Positions 30,372 to 41,325 of a stretch of 64,000 nucleotides of DNA are shown piece by piece. Position numbers and translations under genes: made by a program. Source of the stretch: Nitrospinales bacterium (lineage in GTDB: Bacteria > Nitrospinota > Nitrospinia > Nitrospinales > VA-1); the NCBI GenBank assembly GCA_965223795.1, contig CBDCXL010000002.1:2784001-2848000 (forward strand). Reading direction: 5' to 3'. The notes beneath the pieces are model-generated. The model worked only from the letters and a program-made list of their open reading frames with translations, had not been told where the DNA came from and searched no databases. Every line of letters starts with the position of its first letter. Within the stretch, counting starts at the first letter, position 1.

Positions 30372-31559
30372 GTGGAAACCGAACAGGAAATCATCAAAAC
30401 CATTCAACGTGGAAAGACCACCATCACCCTGATCGGGACGGCGCACGTGTCCCGGCACAGCGTGCAGATGGTGGAAGAGCAGATCAACAGCGGCCAGTAC
30501 GACTGCGTTGCGGTGGAGCTGTGCGACCCGAGGCTGGAGAATCTGTCCAACCGCTCGTGGTGGAAAAACCTGGATATCTACCAGGTGTTCCGCCAGCGCA
30601 AGGCCACGCTGCTGCTCATCAATCTGGCCCTGTCCGCGTACCAGCGGCGGCTGGCGGAGAAGATCGGCGTCGAGGCGGGCAAGGAGATGATCCGCGCCAT
30701 CGAGCTGGCGAGCGAGAAAAACATCCGGCTGGAGGTGATCGACCGCGACATCACCACGACGCTGCAGCGCATGGTCACGCGCGTGTCGTTCTGGCAGAAG
30801 CTGCGTGTGTTTTCGGGACTGGTGGCGGGCATCTTCGTCGGCGAGGAGGTCACCGAGGAGCAGATCGAGAACCTGAAAAAAGGCGACATGCTGCACAACG
30901 TGGTCGAGGAATTCGGCGAATCGCTGCCGCAGTTCAAGCAGGTGCTGATCGACGAGCGGGACCAGTACATGACGGGCAAGCTGGTGCGCCTGGCGGAATC
31001 GGACAACCCGCCGCAGAACGTGCTGGCCCTGGTGGGCGCCGGGCATCTGATCGGCATGGAGCCCGCGTTTTCCAACCCGCCCGACGACGCCCGCATGCAG
31101 GAGCTCGATGAAAAGCCGGCGCCGGGGCGGTTTGCGTTTTATTTCGGCTGGGCCGTCTGCCTGTTCATTCTCAGTATGTTTTATGTCGGCTTCAGCCGCT
31201 CTCCGGAGCTGGGCACGCAGCTGGTGGTCACCTGGGTGCTGGTCAACGGCGGCTTGAGCGCTTTGGGCACGGCGATCGCGCTGGGGCACCCGATATCGAT
31301 TCTGACGGCGTTCGTGGCCGCGCCCCTGACGTCGCTGGTGCCGACGATCGGCGCGGGCATGGTGGTGGGCCTGATGGAGTCGTACCTCAGAAAACCCAAG
31401 GTCGCCGATTTCGAGGCGCTGCGCGAGGACATCGGCACGCTCAAGATGTGGTGGCACAACCGGGTGCTGCGCGTGCTGATCGTGTTTTTCTTTTCCAGTC
31501 TGGGGTCGATGTTCGGCACCTACATCGCGGGCGCGTCGATGATGACCCAGATTTTTTAG
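30372..31559 (+). CDS. TraB/GumN (pheromone shutdown) family protein
   Basis: LIGTAHVS, VAVELC, DERDQYM, VGAGH, C-terminal TM segments. Confidence 0.88.
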   Translation: METEQEIIKTIQRGKTTITLIGTAHVSRHSVQMVEEQINSGQYDCVAVELCDPRLENLSNRSWWKNLDIYQVFRQRKATLLLINLALSAYQRRLAEKIGVEAGKEMIRAIELASEKNIRLEVIDRDITTTLQRMVTRVSFWQKLRVFSGLVAGIFVGEEVTEEQIENLKKGDMLHNVVEEFGESLPQFKQVLIDERDQYMTGKLVRLAESDNPPQNVLALVGAGHLIGMEPAFSNPPDDARMQELDEKPAPGRFAFYFGWAVCLFILSMFYVGFSRSPELGTQLVVTWVLVNGGLSALGTAIALGHPISILTAFVAAPLTSLVPTIGAGMVVGLMESYLRKPKVADFEALREDIGTLKMWWHNRVLRVLIVFFFSSLGSMFGTYIAGASMMTQIF

Positions 31560-31568
31560 GGCATCCCA

Positions 31569-32498
31569 ATGGGGCAACCGCACATCGCCGTGACGCCGCC
31601 GGCGTTCTGCCGGTCGCAGGTCCTCAGGCAGGAGCTGACCGCGTGTTTTCCCGGCGCGCGTTTCAACGAGCGGGACCGTTACCTGACCGGCGGCGAACTG
31701 GTGGATTTTCTGCGCGGCGCGCGGGGCGCCATCGTCGGCCGCGACCCGGTCGATGAGGACGTGTTGAGCGGACTTTCCGAACTTGAGATCATCGCCAAAT
31801 ACGGAGTGGGCCTCGACAACCTGGATGAGGCGGCCTTGCAGCGGCACGGTGTCCGGCTCGGCTGGACGCAGGGCGTCAACCGGTTGTCGGTGGCGGAGCT
31901 GACGCTGGGGTTCATGGTGGGGCTGTGCCACAACGTGTTCGTCACGGGTCCGGCTCTGAAACGCAACGTCTGGGAAAAAGACGGCGGCCGGCAGTTGTCC
32001 GGCAGGACCGTGGGCATCGTGGGCTGCGGCCATGTGGGATCCGAGGTGGTCCGCCTTCTGGCGCCGTTTCAATGCCGGGTGCTGGTGCGGGACATCCTGG
32101 ACAAATCCGAATTCTGTAAAGAACATGGGGCGGAGCCGGTGGGCTTCGACGATCTGATCGCCCGTTCCGACCTAGTTTCCCTGCATGTGCCGCTCACCGA
32201 GGCCACGCAGGGTATGATCGACCGCACGGTGATGGGCCGCATGCGCGACGGCGCGTTTCTCATCAACACCAGCCGCGGCGGCGTCGTCCGCGAGGACGAC
32301 CTGAAAGCCGCTCTCAAGGCGGGAAACATTGCGGGCGCCGCGCTGGATGTGTTTGCCGAGGAGCCGCCGGAGGATGCGGAATTGTTGGGTCTGCCCAATC
32401 TGATGGCGACGCCGCACATCGGCGGCAACACGGTGGAAGCGGTGGAGGCGATGGGACGTTCGGCGATCGCGCACCTTGTGGAGCATTTCCAGACATGA
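31569..32498 (+). CDS. D-isomer-specific 2-hydroxyacid (phosphoglycerate) dehydrogenase
   Basis: GVGLDN, GIVGCGHVG, LHVPLT, INTSRG, TPHIGG. Confidence 0.9.
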   Translation: MGQPHIAVTPPAFCRSQVLRQELTACFPGARFNERDRYLTGGELVDFLRGARGAIVGRDPVDEDVLSGLSELEIIAKYGVGLDNLDEAALQRHGVRLGWTQGVNRLSVAELTLGFMVGLCHNVFVTGPALKRNVWEKDGGRQLSGRTVGIVGCGHVGSEVVRLLAPFQCRVLVRDILDKSEFCKEHGAEPVGFDDLIARSDLVSLHVPLTEATQGMIDRTVMGRMRDGAFLINTSRGGVVREDDLKAALKAGNIAGAALDVFAEEPPEDAELLGLPNLMATPHIGGNTVEAVEAMGRSAIAHLVEHFQT

Positions 32499-33271
32499 AA
32501 CGGATCGGGCTGGCGGTGTTTTTCGTCATCACTTTGAATGCTGTTGCGGCCGGGGCTGAGGCGCCTGAGCCTCTGAAATTGCTGGAAGAAAAAAAGCAAT
32601 GGGAGGAGCGGCAGCTAAAGCGGCTTTCCCAGATGGTGCGCATTCCCGCTGGCGAATTCGTGATGGGATACGCCGATGGCAATAAAGATGAAGGGCCGCC
32701 GCACACCGTGAAGGTGGATGCGTTCGACATCGACAAATTCGAAGTGACGCAGCTGGAATACCAGTCGGAGATGGGAAGCAACCCCAGTTACTTCGGCAAC
32801 TGCCCGCTCTGCCCGGTGGAAAAGGTGACGCACACCCAGGCGGAGGACTATTGCGCCCGGCTCGGCAAACGGCTGCCGACGGAAGCGGAATGGGAGAAAG
32901 CGGCGCGCGGCGGTCTGGAAACGGTCACTTACTGGGGCGGGGATTTCCCGACGGAGTTCGCCTGGTACGGCAACAATTCCGGCCGTAAAACCCATCCGGT
33001 GGGGGAGTTGAAGCCGAACCCCTACGGATTGCACGACATGGCGGGGAACGTGCAGGAATGGGTGCAGGACTGGTACGATCCCGATTATTATCAAAGCGCT
33101 CCAACGGACAATCCCAAAGGCCCGGCCACCGGCGCAACCAAAGTGCTGCGCGGCGGTGGATTCGGTCATGTCCCTGAACTATTGCGCCACACGCTGCGGG
33201 AGGATCAGGAGCCGCACACACGCTACATCACCGTCGGGTTCCGCTGCGCCGCGAACCCGAAACCTGAATAA
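32495..33271 (+). CDS. Formylglycine-generating enzyme (FGE-sulfatase) domain protein
   Basis: Signal peptide; RLPTEAEWEKAARG, NPYGLHDMAGNVQEW, GFRC. Confidence 0.9.
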   Translation: MKRIGLAVFFVITLNAVAAGAEAPEPLKLLEEKKQWEERQLKRLSQMVRIPAGEFVMGYADGNKDEGPPHTVKVDAFDIDKFEVTQLEYQSEMGSNPSYFGNCPLCPVEKVTHTQAEDYCARLGKRLPTEAEWEKAARGGLETVTYWGGDFPTEFAWYGNNSGRKTHPVGELKPNPYGLHDMAGNVQEWVQDWYDPDYYQSAPTDNPKGPATGATKVLRGGGFGHVPELLRHTLREDQEPHTRYITVGFRCAANPKPE

Positions 33272-33283
33272 TACGATGTCGAC

Positions 33284-33886
33284 GTGACTGAAGATTCCGG
33301 ATACACGCAGAAGGACTGGCAGGGGCACTACGATTCCGACGATCTGAAGTGGGACCTGGGAAAACCGGCGCCGCCGTTCATCGAATTCTGGGAGCAGACC
33401 CCTCCGGCACCGGGCGAGGCGATCGTTCCGGGCTGCGGCCGTGGCCACGAGGTGGTGTTTCTGCTGGAACGGGGGTTTCGCGTCACGGCGGTGGATTATG
33501 CGGCGGGAGCGGTGGAACGGCTCAGGCGGTCGCTCGATGATAAAGGTCTCGCCGCCGATGTATTGCAACATGATTTTTTTGAGCTGGATGCCAGCCACGA
33601 TCTCCGCTACGACCTGATGCTGGAGCACACGTTTTTCTGCGCCATTCATCCTTCGCGCCGCGGGCAGTATGTGGACACCGCCGCGCGAATCGTGAAACCG
33701 GGCGGTCTGCTCGTGGCGTTGTTCTACGAGACGGGGGAGGAAGGAGGGCCGCCGTTCAACACGCCTGAAAGCGAAGTGCGGCGGCATTTTTCCGAACGAT
33801 TTTTGATCGAGAGGCTGGAAAAATCGCTCAACTCGGATGAGCGGAGAAAAGACAAGGAATGGTTCGCGCTGCTGCGTAAAACCTGA
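33284..33886 (+). CDS. TPMT-like SAM-dependent methyltransferase
   Basis: WDLG, VPGCGRGHE, EHTFFCAI, GPPF. Confidence 0.88.
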   Translation: MTEDSGYTQKDWQGHYDSDDLKWDLGKPAPPFIEFWEQTPPAPGEAIVPGCGRGHEVVFLLERGFRVTAVDYAAGAVERLRRSLDDKGLAADVLQHDFFELDASHDLRYDLMLEHTFFCAIHPSRRGQYVDTAARIVKPGGLLVALFYETGEEGGPPFNTPESEVRRHFSERFLIERLEKSLNSDERRKDKEWFALLRKT

Positions 33887-33993
33887 GGCGGATTTTTCGC
33901 GATGATGCGCAGATGGTATAATTTTTTATCGCGCGCCCAAAGCGGCTCTCAGGCGGGAGGCGTTGTGGCTGGACAACTAAAAATGGACGGCGA

Positions 33994-35412
33994 ATGAAAA
34001 CGGTCAAAAAGAAAATCTATTCCGGCATATTCCGTGACGGCGGCGCGGGCGCGCAGGCCAAGCGGCGGTTCCGCGAGCGCCGAAAAAAACTGATGCAGCG
34101 CGAAAACAAGCTGATGGCCATCACGGGCGTCCCCTATGGCCCCGGCGGGGAGACGGTGTGGGCGTACGCGCACACGCCCACCTACCAGGAGCCCGCGATC
34201 ATGTACCTGACGGGCATCAACCAGACCAACGTGATCCTGCTGCTCGACCCGCATTCAAAAGAGTCCGACGAAATTCTGTTCGTGGACGAGAAGGACCCCA
34301 ATAACGAATTCTGGAACGGCATCCGCTTCGGCGTCGGCGACCCCAAGAGCGTCAAGGAAGTGCAGCGGGTGACGGGCATTCAGGATGTGCGGAACATTCT
34401 CGATTTCAAGATCGTTTTGGAGGAACGGTTTCGCAAGCAGAAAAAGAAGCAGCTTGGGACGCTGTGGATGGAGGGGACGCGCAACGGACGCAAAAAGATC
34501 ATACGCACCGACCACAACTGGGAGTTCAAGGCGCAGCTTTCGCGCTGGGTGCGGTCGTGGAATTCCGGCGGCGGCGAAGTCGTGAACATCATGAAAAACC
34601 ATTTCGACCTCCGGCTGCCGCTCGACAAGCTGGATGAGGCCAACACGAGAAAGGCCAACGAGATCACCGGCCGCGCGTTTCGCTCGACGCTGGCGAATTT
34701 CCATGAGTTTCACAACGAGGCGCAGGTGCAGGGGTATCTGGAAGGCCAGATGCTGATGAACTCTTCCTACGGGCTGAGCTTTCCTTCCATCGTGGCTTCG
34801 GGCCGCAACGCCACGGTGCTGCATTACATGAAAAACGACGACGATTTTTCCCGCCACGAGATGGTGCTCATCGATTTCGGGGTCCGCTGGATGACGATGC
34901 ACGCGGACATCTCACGCACCGTTCCCGCGTCCGGTAAGTTCAACCCGCTGCAGAAGATGCTGTATGAAATCGTTCTCAACGCACAGCTTTCCGTGCAGAA
35001 AATGGCCAGAATGGGCGTGACCATCGACGCGCTCAACGATCACTGTTGGGAGACGGTCAACGCCGGCCTGGAAACCATCTTCCACGCCGCGGGCGGCACG
35101 TGCAAGCTCCGGTACAAGGACCGGCCGCACGGCGTCAGCCACCTCATGGGGGAACAGGAACACGACGGCGATCCTTTCCGTAATTATTCCAAGCAGCCGA
35201 TGAAGCCGGGCTGGCTGATCAGCAACGAACCGGGTGTGTACGGCGAGTTCAAGATCAAGCTGGACGGCAAGACTTATGATGAGGAAATCGGCATCCGCAT
35301 CGAGGACAACCTGCTGATCACGGAGAAAGGCTGCCGCAATCTGTCGCGTTCGGTGCCGAAGTCGGTTGCGGAAATCGAAATGCTGATGGCGGGGCCTTCG
35401 CGGCGAAAGTAG
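33994..35412 (+). CDS. Xaa-Pro aminopeptidase (M24B)
   Basis: ATVLHY, LIDFG, ADISRT, HGVSHLMG, NEPGVY, GIRIEDN. Confidence 0.88.
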   Translation: MKTVKKKIYSGIFRDGGAGAQAKRRFRERRKKLMQRENKLMAITGVPYGPGGETVWAYAHTPTYQEPAIMYLTGINQTNVILLLDPHSKESDEILFVDEKDPNNEFWNGIRFGVGDPKSVKEVQRVTGIQDVRNILDFKIVLEERFRKQKKKQLGTLWMEGTRNGRKKIIRTDHNWEFKAQLSRWVRSWNSGGGEVVNIMKNHFDLRLPLDKLDEANTRKANEITGRAFRSTLANFHEFHNEAQVQGYLEGQMLMNSSYGLSFPSIVASGRNATVLHYMKNDDDFSRHEMVLIDFGVRWMTMHADISRTVPASGKFNPLQKMLYEIVLNAQLSVQKMARMGVTIDALNDHCWETVNAGLETIFHAAGGTCKLRYKDRPHGVSHLMGEQEHDGDPFRNYSKQPMKPGWLISNEPGVYGEFKIKLDGKTYDEEIGIRIEDNLLITEKGCRNLSRSVPKSVAEIEMLMAGPSRRK

Positions 35413-35584
35413 GGGAGGACCGCCAGCCTGCGGGCTGGGGCGAGTTTGCTAAGAAGGGCAATGTTTCCTGGTTTCGGTTTGAACTCTTTCGCCGCCTCCA
35501 CCTCATAGGGCGGGTCGGACTCCAGCGGGCTTCTGCAAGAAGGATCTTCCCTGTGCGGGAGATGGCTGGGAGCAACGAGGTCTG

Positions 35585-36043
35585 TTATAATTCTTTGACC
35601 GCCGAAAGAACTTCGTCGACGTGTCCTTTCACCTTCACCTTGGGAAAAATTTTAGCGATTTTTCCCTCTTTGTCGATGATGAAAGTGCTGCGGACGATGC
35701 CCATGAACTTTTTCCCGTACATGCTTTTTTCCTGCCACACGCCGTACTTCTCCACGATTTTCTGATCGGTGTCCGCGATGAGGTCGAAAGGGAGGTCGTA
35801 TTTTTCGATGAACTTCTGGTGGCGTTCGGGCGGATCGATGCTGATCCCCAGCACGACCGTGTCCTTGAACTTTTTGTGACTGTCCCTGAAGTCGCAGGCC
35901 TCGGTCGTGCAGCCGGGTGTCATGTCCTTGGGATAAAAATACAGGACGACGTTTTTTTTGCCTTTGAACGAACTGAGCTTTATTTTCTTCGAATCCTGAT
36001 TCAACCCTGAAAAATCCGGAGCCTTGTTTCCTTCCTTCACCAT
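35585..36043 (-). CDS. bcp: Thioredoxin-dependent thiol peroxidase
   Basis: [28 protein letters not shown]. Confidence 0.95.
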   Translation of the reverse strand: MVKEGNKAPDFSGLNQDSKKIKLSSFKGKKNVVLYFYPKDMTPGCTTEACDFRDSHKKFKDTVVLGISIDPPERHQKFIEKYDLPFDLIADTDQKIVEKYGVWQEKSMYGKKFMGIVRSTFIIDKEGKIAKIFPKVKVKGHVDEVLSAVKEL

Positions 36044-36062
36044 AGTGCGCTAAGATTTCCTT

Positions 36063-36172
36063 TAGAAGATCGCTCGCCCAGTTTCGCCAGTAACGCCGAA
36101 GCCTTGTCGTTGACGGCTAGAAGATCACTCGCCCAGTTTCGCCAGCAACGCCGAAGCCTTGTCGTTGACGGC
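36063..36172. repeat. 55-bp tandem duplication of a gene 3' end
   Basis: 36063-36117 and 36118-36172, two mismatches. Confidence 0.92.
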
Positions 36173-36577
36173 CTTGACGCTATCGAGAATTTTTTTCGGC
36201 GGTGTCCGGTCCGGATTCATGTTGAAAATCAATCTTCCATCCCCGATCAGGCTCCGAATTTCATTGAACAGTTCGGGTCCCGGTTTTTTTCCGTTCTCGC
36301 ACATGTTCTCGAAAATCGTGATGGTGCGCCGCAGTTTCCCGTCTGCCTGCAATCCGATAACGGACTTGTCCTTGAGGCCGGGCGTCTTTTCCATGAATCC
36401 CCACAATCCTCCTTTGGTTTGAATCACGTCGAAGCTGCCAACCAGTTCCTTGCCGCCTTGAACGCACCTGTCGGCTGCGTGAACGGGAATGGCCCCCAGG
36501 AAAAGAAGGATCAGACCGGCAAATGCGAACATAACATAAGGGCGGGGGGTCCCGCGTAGGTGCGGATCAGTGAACAT
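36125..36577 (-). CDS. Hypothetical secreted protein
   Basis: AGGAGAAAGG RBS, signal peptide ending VHA. Confidence 0.75.
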   Translation of the reverse strand: MFTDPHLRGTPRPYVMFAFAGLILLFLGAIPVHAADRCVQGGKELVGSFDVIQTKGGLWGFMEKTPGLKDKSVIGLQADGKLRRTITIFENMCENGKKPGPELFNEIRSLIGDGRLIFNMNPDRTPPKKILDSVKAVNDKASALLAKLGE

Positions 36578-36785
36578 GTTCCTTTCTCCTACTTTCAAGG
36601 TTGGGCCCTTTTGCTCAGGGCAACACTATTTGCAGTGTGGATATATTTTTTTGGAAGATATTCTCATTTAACAGCAACGGTAAAACAAAGTCAAACCTAA
36701 TATTTTTACAGGCGTTTTTTGCTGTGGGTGCAATGGAAGGTGGATGAAAAAGGGTGCCGGGGTTCGGGGAGAGGATAAGCGGGGA

Positions 36786-38408
36786 TCAAGGCATCCGCTT
36801 TTTATAGCTTTCTGAATTTCTTAAACTTTCAAATACCGGATCGGATTCGATGCGGGATTTCATGGACGGATTGATCTGAATGATTTTCTCGAGATTTTTC
36901 AGGCTTTCGTCTTCGTTGCCGTTTTTCACGTAAGCCTGGGCGAGCAGGAAACGGTGGGCCAGGATATTATCGTGGTTGGGATGAGCGATGAGCGCCCGTT
37001 CGAGGATGGATATCGCCCGGCCGTTGTTGCCGCTGTTGTAATAAGCCGTGGCGGTGTTCAGCAGGCTGTCCAGGTGGTCCGGGTCCATGCGGATCACCAT
37101 CGAATAGATGGCGATGGCGCGGTCGTACATTTTATAATGCGCGAAGATCTCTCCCTTGCGGTTCAGTGCCCGTGTGGGCTCGATGAAGATCTCGTCGGGG
37201 CTGTGAAGCACCGCCGGTTTCAGATCTTTGGAGAACTGTTTGAGCGTGATTTTGGCCAGGTTCCCGGGATCTCCGAGGGATTCGGCTTTTTCGTAAAATT
37301 CCCGTGCCTGATCCAGTTTTCCCTGAACGATCCGTATGTCCCCGAGCTCCTGATAGCCGCGCGCCTTTTTGGGCTTGTTTTCTCCGGCCAGTTCGATGAA
37401 ATGCCGGACGGCTTCCTCCGCCGCGTCCAGCCGCAACAGCAGGCTGCACATGCCGACATGGATTTCATTGATGTGGGCATCGTCCGGCTTGATGCGGGAC
37501 GCTGTCTGGATTTCGATGAAGGACAGTCCGTACTTGCCGGACTGGTAATAGGCTTTCGATTTGCTCAGATGGTACTCGTGGGGCTCGATTTTGAGCGGCA
37601 GTTTTTCGAGCGCGTTCTGGTTGACCAGTTTGAGCAGGCGGTTGGCGGATTTCACCTTGGGAGTTTCCAGCCTTGTTTCCAGCACGCGGAAGATATGGGT
37701 TTTGGCTTTCTCGGCTTTCCCCTGTGCGGCATAGAGGTAGGCGATCTCGTAATTGGCGTCGAGGTTGTTTTCATCCAGCGCGATCGTTTTTAAAAACGCC
37801 TGTTCGGCGTCCGCGATCCGGTTGAGATAATAGTAGTACATGCCCATATCCAGAGGATAGCGCGGATTTTTGGGGGCCAGCTCGTGCGCGGTGTTCAGGG
37901 CGTCGATGGCTTCTTCCATTTTTCCCAGCGCCGCAAGGGTGAGGGAAAATTCATAATGCGCTGGGGCGGATTGTGCATGCTGCTGGACCGCGATTTCGCA
38001 GCCCCGTTCCGAAAGCCGGCCTTTGCCCAGGTCGCGGTAGATCTGGCAGAACCCGTAATGCAGGGCAGGGTGCTGGCGGTCGATCGCATGCCCCTGAAGC
38101 AGGGATTTGAGTGCGTCCTTGTGCCTGCCCATTTCGTTGAGAACCAGGCCCGTCAGAATGTGGGCGGTGCTGTCGGATGAATTTTGCTTGGTTTTGTTCT
38201 CAAGAATCTGCAGGGCGTCCGCGGTTTTGTTTTCGCGCATCAGGTCGTGGACCTTGAGGTATTCGGGATCCCGGCTTTCTTCGTTCACGGAGAGGTCCCA
38301 GTGGGCGATGGATTTGTCCGGAAAGACCGCGTGCGCAGGCGAGGCAATGCAGATGCAGAGAATCCAGGACGCGATCGCGGCGGCGCGGGCGGTGTTCTGA
38401 TATTTCAT
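36786..38408 (-). CDS. Secreted tetratricopeptide repeat protein
   Basis: Signal peptide and many TPR-like helical repeats. Confidence 0.85.
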   Translation of the reverse strand: MKYQNTARAAAIASWILCICIASPAHAVFPDKSIAHWDLSVNEESRDPEYLKVHDLMRENKTADALQILENKTKQNSSDSTAHILTGLVLNEMGRHKDALKSLLQGHAIDRQHPALHYGFCQIYRDLGKGRLSERGCEIAVQQHAQSAPAHYEFSLTLAALGKMEEAIDALNTAHELAPKNPRYPLDMGMYYYYLNRIADAEQAFLKTIALDENNLDANYEIAYLYAAQGKAEKAKTHIFRVLETRLETPKVKSANRLLKLVNQNALEKLPLKIEPHEYHLSKSKAYYQSGKYGLSFIEIQTASRIKPDDAHINEIHVGMCSLLLRLDAAEEAVRHFIELAGENKPKKARGYQELGDIRIVQGKLDQAREFYEKAESLGDPGNLAKITLKQFSKDLKPAVLHSPDEIFIEPTRALNRKGEIFAHYKMYDRAIAIYSMVIRMDPDHLDSLLNTATAYYNSGNNGRAISILERALIAHPNHDNILAHRFLLAQAYVKNGNEDESLKNLEKIIQINPSMKSRIESDPVFESLRNSESYKKRMP

Positions 38409-38430
38409 GATTCGACCTTGAGTTGAACGT

Positions 38431-38994
38431 TTATTGGGCGGCCTCGCGAACAGCGCGAACGGCGCGCCGGCCTTTTGATTTTTTGGAGCTGCTGAACCGG
38501 TCCCCGGTGTTGAACACCACGCCGAAGGCGTTGTAACGCCCGTTCGCCTGGTCGGCCCACAAGGACCCGCTGCCTTCGGGGGCGAAGATGGGATCCATGT
38601 GCAGGTTCATTTCACTGCCCATTTGGGCGCTGTTGTATTTGTCCGGATCGAACAGGGTCTTCAACTGCTCCACGGTCGGCACCTTCCAGTCGCGGTACTG
38701 GGAGAAGCCTTCCTCGTTGAGCTTCTTCACATATTCGAAAGCCTGGTACCAGTCCTTCCAGTGGCCGGTGTGCTGGTAGGAGTCCTGCTTCATCCACATC
38801 AGCCCGGTCCGGGTGTCGGTGATGGTCCCGTCGCCATGGTCGATGAAGCGTTTGTCGGCGGAAACCCGCGGGGTCTCCGGCGCCGGTTCCTGAATTGCCC
38901 ATACGGGCCAAACAAATGCGGTCAGAAAAACCAGCGCCAAAACAAAAAACATTCGCCGCCGGCCGATGGAAATTGTGTCCATTTCTCTATTCAT
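38431..38994 (-). CDS. DUF1566 (Lcl C-terminal) domain protein
   Basis: RFIDHGDGTITDTRTGLMW, DWKVPTVEQL, VRAVR. Confidence 0.88.
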   Translation of the reverse strand: MNREMDTISIGRRRMFFVLALVFLTAFVWPVWAIQEPAPETPRVSADKRFIDHGDGTITDTRTGLMWMKQDSYQHTGHWKDWYQAFEYVKKLNEEGFSQYRDWKVPTVEQLKTLFDPDKYNSAQMGSEMNLHMDPIFAPEGSGSLWADQANGRYNAFGVVFNTGDRFSSSKKSKGRRAVRAVREAAQ

Positions 38995-39009
38995 ATTGCG
39001 TGCCTGGTT

Positions 39010-40452
39010 TCAGGATGCGCTGAGTTTTTCTTTCAGCAACTGGTTGACCAGAGCCGGGTTGGCCTGGCCTTTGCTGGCTTTCATGACCTGCCCGACGAAA
39101 TAGCCGAACAGTTTTTCCTTGCCGTTGCGATAGCCTTCCAACTGTTCCGGATTGGAATCCAGGACCTCGTCGATCCATTTTTCGATGGAGGAATTGTCGG
39201 TCACCTGGGTCAGTCCTTTTTCCTCGACGATGTCCGAGGCGGCTTTTCCGGTCTTCACCATGTCCTCGAACACGGTTTTGGCGATCTTGGCGCTGATGGT
39301 TCCCGATTCAATGAGCTTGAGCAGGCCGGTCAGCCCCTCCGGGTCCACGGGCGCGTGCTCGATTCCGCGGTCGCCGCTTTTCAGCTCACGCAGCAGCTCG
39401 CCCATGATCCAGTTGCTGATGAGCTTGGGTTTGTTCAACAGCGCGATGCAGCGCTCGAAATAATCCGCCAGCGGCTTCGATGCGGTCAACACGCCCGCGT
39501 CGTATTCGGGAATGCCGTATTCGGAAACGAAACGTCCGCGTTTCTGTTCCGGCAGTTCCGGAAGCGTCTTGCGGATGCGGTCGATCCAGGCGTCCTCGAC
39601 CACCACGTGCACCAGATCCGGTTCAGGAAAGTAGCGGTAGTCGTGCGCTTCCTCCTTGCTGCGCATGGAAAAGGTCACGCCCTTGTCGGCATCGTACAGG
39701 CGGGTCTTCTGAACCACCGCGTCGCCCTGTTCGAGGATCTTGGTCTGGCGTTCCACTTCGTGTTCGATGGCTTTCTGCACGAAGCGGAAAGAATTGAGGT
39801 TCTTCAGTTCGGTGCGCGTGCCGAACGCTTCCTGGCCCACCGGCCGCAGGGAGACGTTGGCGTCGCAGCGCAGGCTGCCTTCCTCCATGTTGCAGTCGCT
39901 GACTTCGGAGTATTCCAGAATCGCCTTGAGCTGGGTCAGGTATTCGCGCGCCTGTTCCGGAGTCCTGAGATCGGGCTCGCTCACGATCTCAACCAGCGGC
40001 ACGCCGGTGCGGTTGAAATCGACGTAGCTTTTGCCGGGGTTGCCCAGGTTCTCGCCATGGATCAGCTTGCCCGCGTCTTCTTCCATGTGGATGCGGGTGA
40101 GGCGGATGCGCTTTTGCTCGCCGTCGACGGTGATGTTGACATGCCCGTCCACGCCGATGGGCAGATCGTACTGGGAAATCTGGTAGCCTTTGGGGAGGTC
40201 GGGGTAGAAATAGTTTTTGCGGGCGAACTGGCTGTACGGCGTGATTTTGCAGCCGGTGGCCAGGCAGGCTTTGGCGGCGTACTCGACCGCCTGCCGGTTG
40301 AGCACGGGAAGCACTCCCGGCATTCCCAGACACACCGGGCAGGTGTTTTCATTGGCGGGACGCCCGAATTCCGTGGAGCAGGAACAAAAGATCTTCGTCC
40401 GGGTTTTGAGCTGGACGTGAACTTCCAGGCCGATGACGGTTTCGTACTTCAT
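39010..40452 (-). CDS. gatB: Asp/Glu-tRNA amidotransferase subunit B
   Basis: [37 protein letters not shown]. Confidence 0.99.
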   Translation of the reverse strand: MKYETVIGLEVHVQLKTRTKIFCSCSTEFGRPANENTCPVCLGMPGVLPVLNRQAVEYAAKACLATGCKITPYSQFARKNYFYPDLPKGYQISQYDLPIGVDGHVNITVDGEQKRIRLTRIHMEEDAGKLIHGENLGNPGKSYVDFNRTGVPLVEIVSEPDLRTPEQAREYLTQLKAILEYSEVSDCNMEEGSLRCDANVSLRPVGQEAFGTRTELKNLNSFRFVQKAIEHEVERQTKILEQGDAVVQKTRLYDADKGVTFSMRSKEEAHDYRYFPEPDLVHVVVEDAWIDRIRKTLPELPEQKRGRFVSEYGIPEYDAGVLTASKPLADYFERCIALLNKPKLISNWIMGELLRELKSGDRGIEHAPVDPEGLTGLLKLIESGTISAKIAKTVFEDMVKTGKAASDIVEEKGLTQVTDNSSIEKWIDEVLDSNPEQLEGYRNGKEKLFGYFVGQVMKASKGQANPALVNQLLKEKLSAS

Positions 40453-40584
40453 GAGTGGACAACCTGCGATTTTATCAGGGCAATCCGCGGCGCTTTTTGC
40501 TGGAAGGCACGGTCAACCTGGGGTGGGTCGGTGGTTTCTGGTTAACCGATTGTAATATCCCGCCAAAGTCCAGTCAACCCCCGG

Positions 40585-41325
40585 CTAGCGCAGGGTTTTG
40601 CCGCCATCGACCGGCAGAACGGTCCCCGTCACGAAGGAGGATTCGTCGCTGGCCAGGAACAGGCAGGCCCGCGCCACATCCTCCGGAGCGCCGAAGCGTC
40701 TGAGCGGATAGGTTTTCAGCAGCTCTTTTTCGCGGGTTTTGTCCTTGCGGATGTCCGCCGTCATATCGGTTTCGATCATTCCCGGACAGATGGCGTTGGA
40801 GCGGATTCCCCGCGGCCCGTATTCGATGGCGATGGAGCGGCTGAAATGGGTCAGGGCCCCTTTGGAGACGCTGTAAGCGGCGGTTCCGGGTGCGGATATG
40901 AGTCCCAGGATGGAGCTGATGTGCACGATGCTGCCCCGGTTGTTCTCCAGCATGACGGGGATGACCTTCTGCGTCAGCTTGTAAACGCTTCTCAGGTTGA
41001 GGTTCAGCATGTCGTCCCAATGCGCCTCGTCCATTTTCTCGAACGGGGCGGTGTCGAACATGCCGGCGTTGTTGATCAGGATGTCGATGCCGCCGAACTG
41101 CTTCACGGTCGTGTCCACCAGGTTTTGGATATCCTGATTGCGGGTGAGGTCGCCGTTCACGGCGTGGATGTTTCCTCCGATCTCCTTCACCGCTTCATTG
41201 AGCTTTTCCTTTCGCCTTCCGAATATGACCACATTGGCACCTTCCCGGCAAAAGAGCGAGGCGCAGCTGCGCCCCACGCCTGTCCCGCCGCCGGTGATGA
41301 TCGCAGTTTTATTTTTCAGTCTCAT
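40585..41325 (-). CDS. SDR family oxidoreductase
   Basis: TGGGTGVG, NNAG, YSVSK, VDGG. Confidence 0.92.
   Translation of the reverse strand: MRLKNKTAIITGGGTGVGRSCASLFCREGANVVIFGRRKEKLNEAVKEIGGNIHAVNGDLTRNQDIQNLVDTTVKQFGGIDILINNAGMFDTAPFEKMDEAHWDDMLNLNLRSVYKLTQKVIPVMLENNRGSIVHISSILGLISAPGTAAYSVSKGALTHFSRSIAIEYGPRGIRSNAICPGMIETDMTADIRKDKTREKELLKTYPLRRFGAPEDVARACLFLASDESSFVTGTVLPVDGGKTLR

Noticed and set aside
38599..40545. Long antisense ORFs (e.g. 648 aa opposite gatB, 591 aa at 30351-32126, 463 aa at 11718-13109)
   Set aside because: Typical stop-poor shadows of GC-rich coding strands with no recognisable motifs
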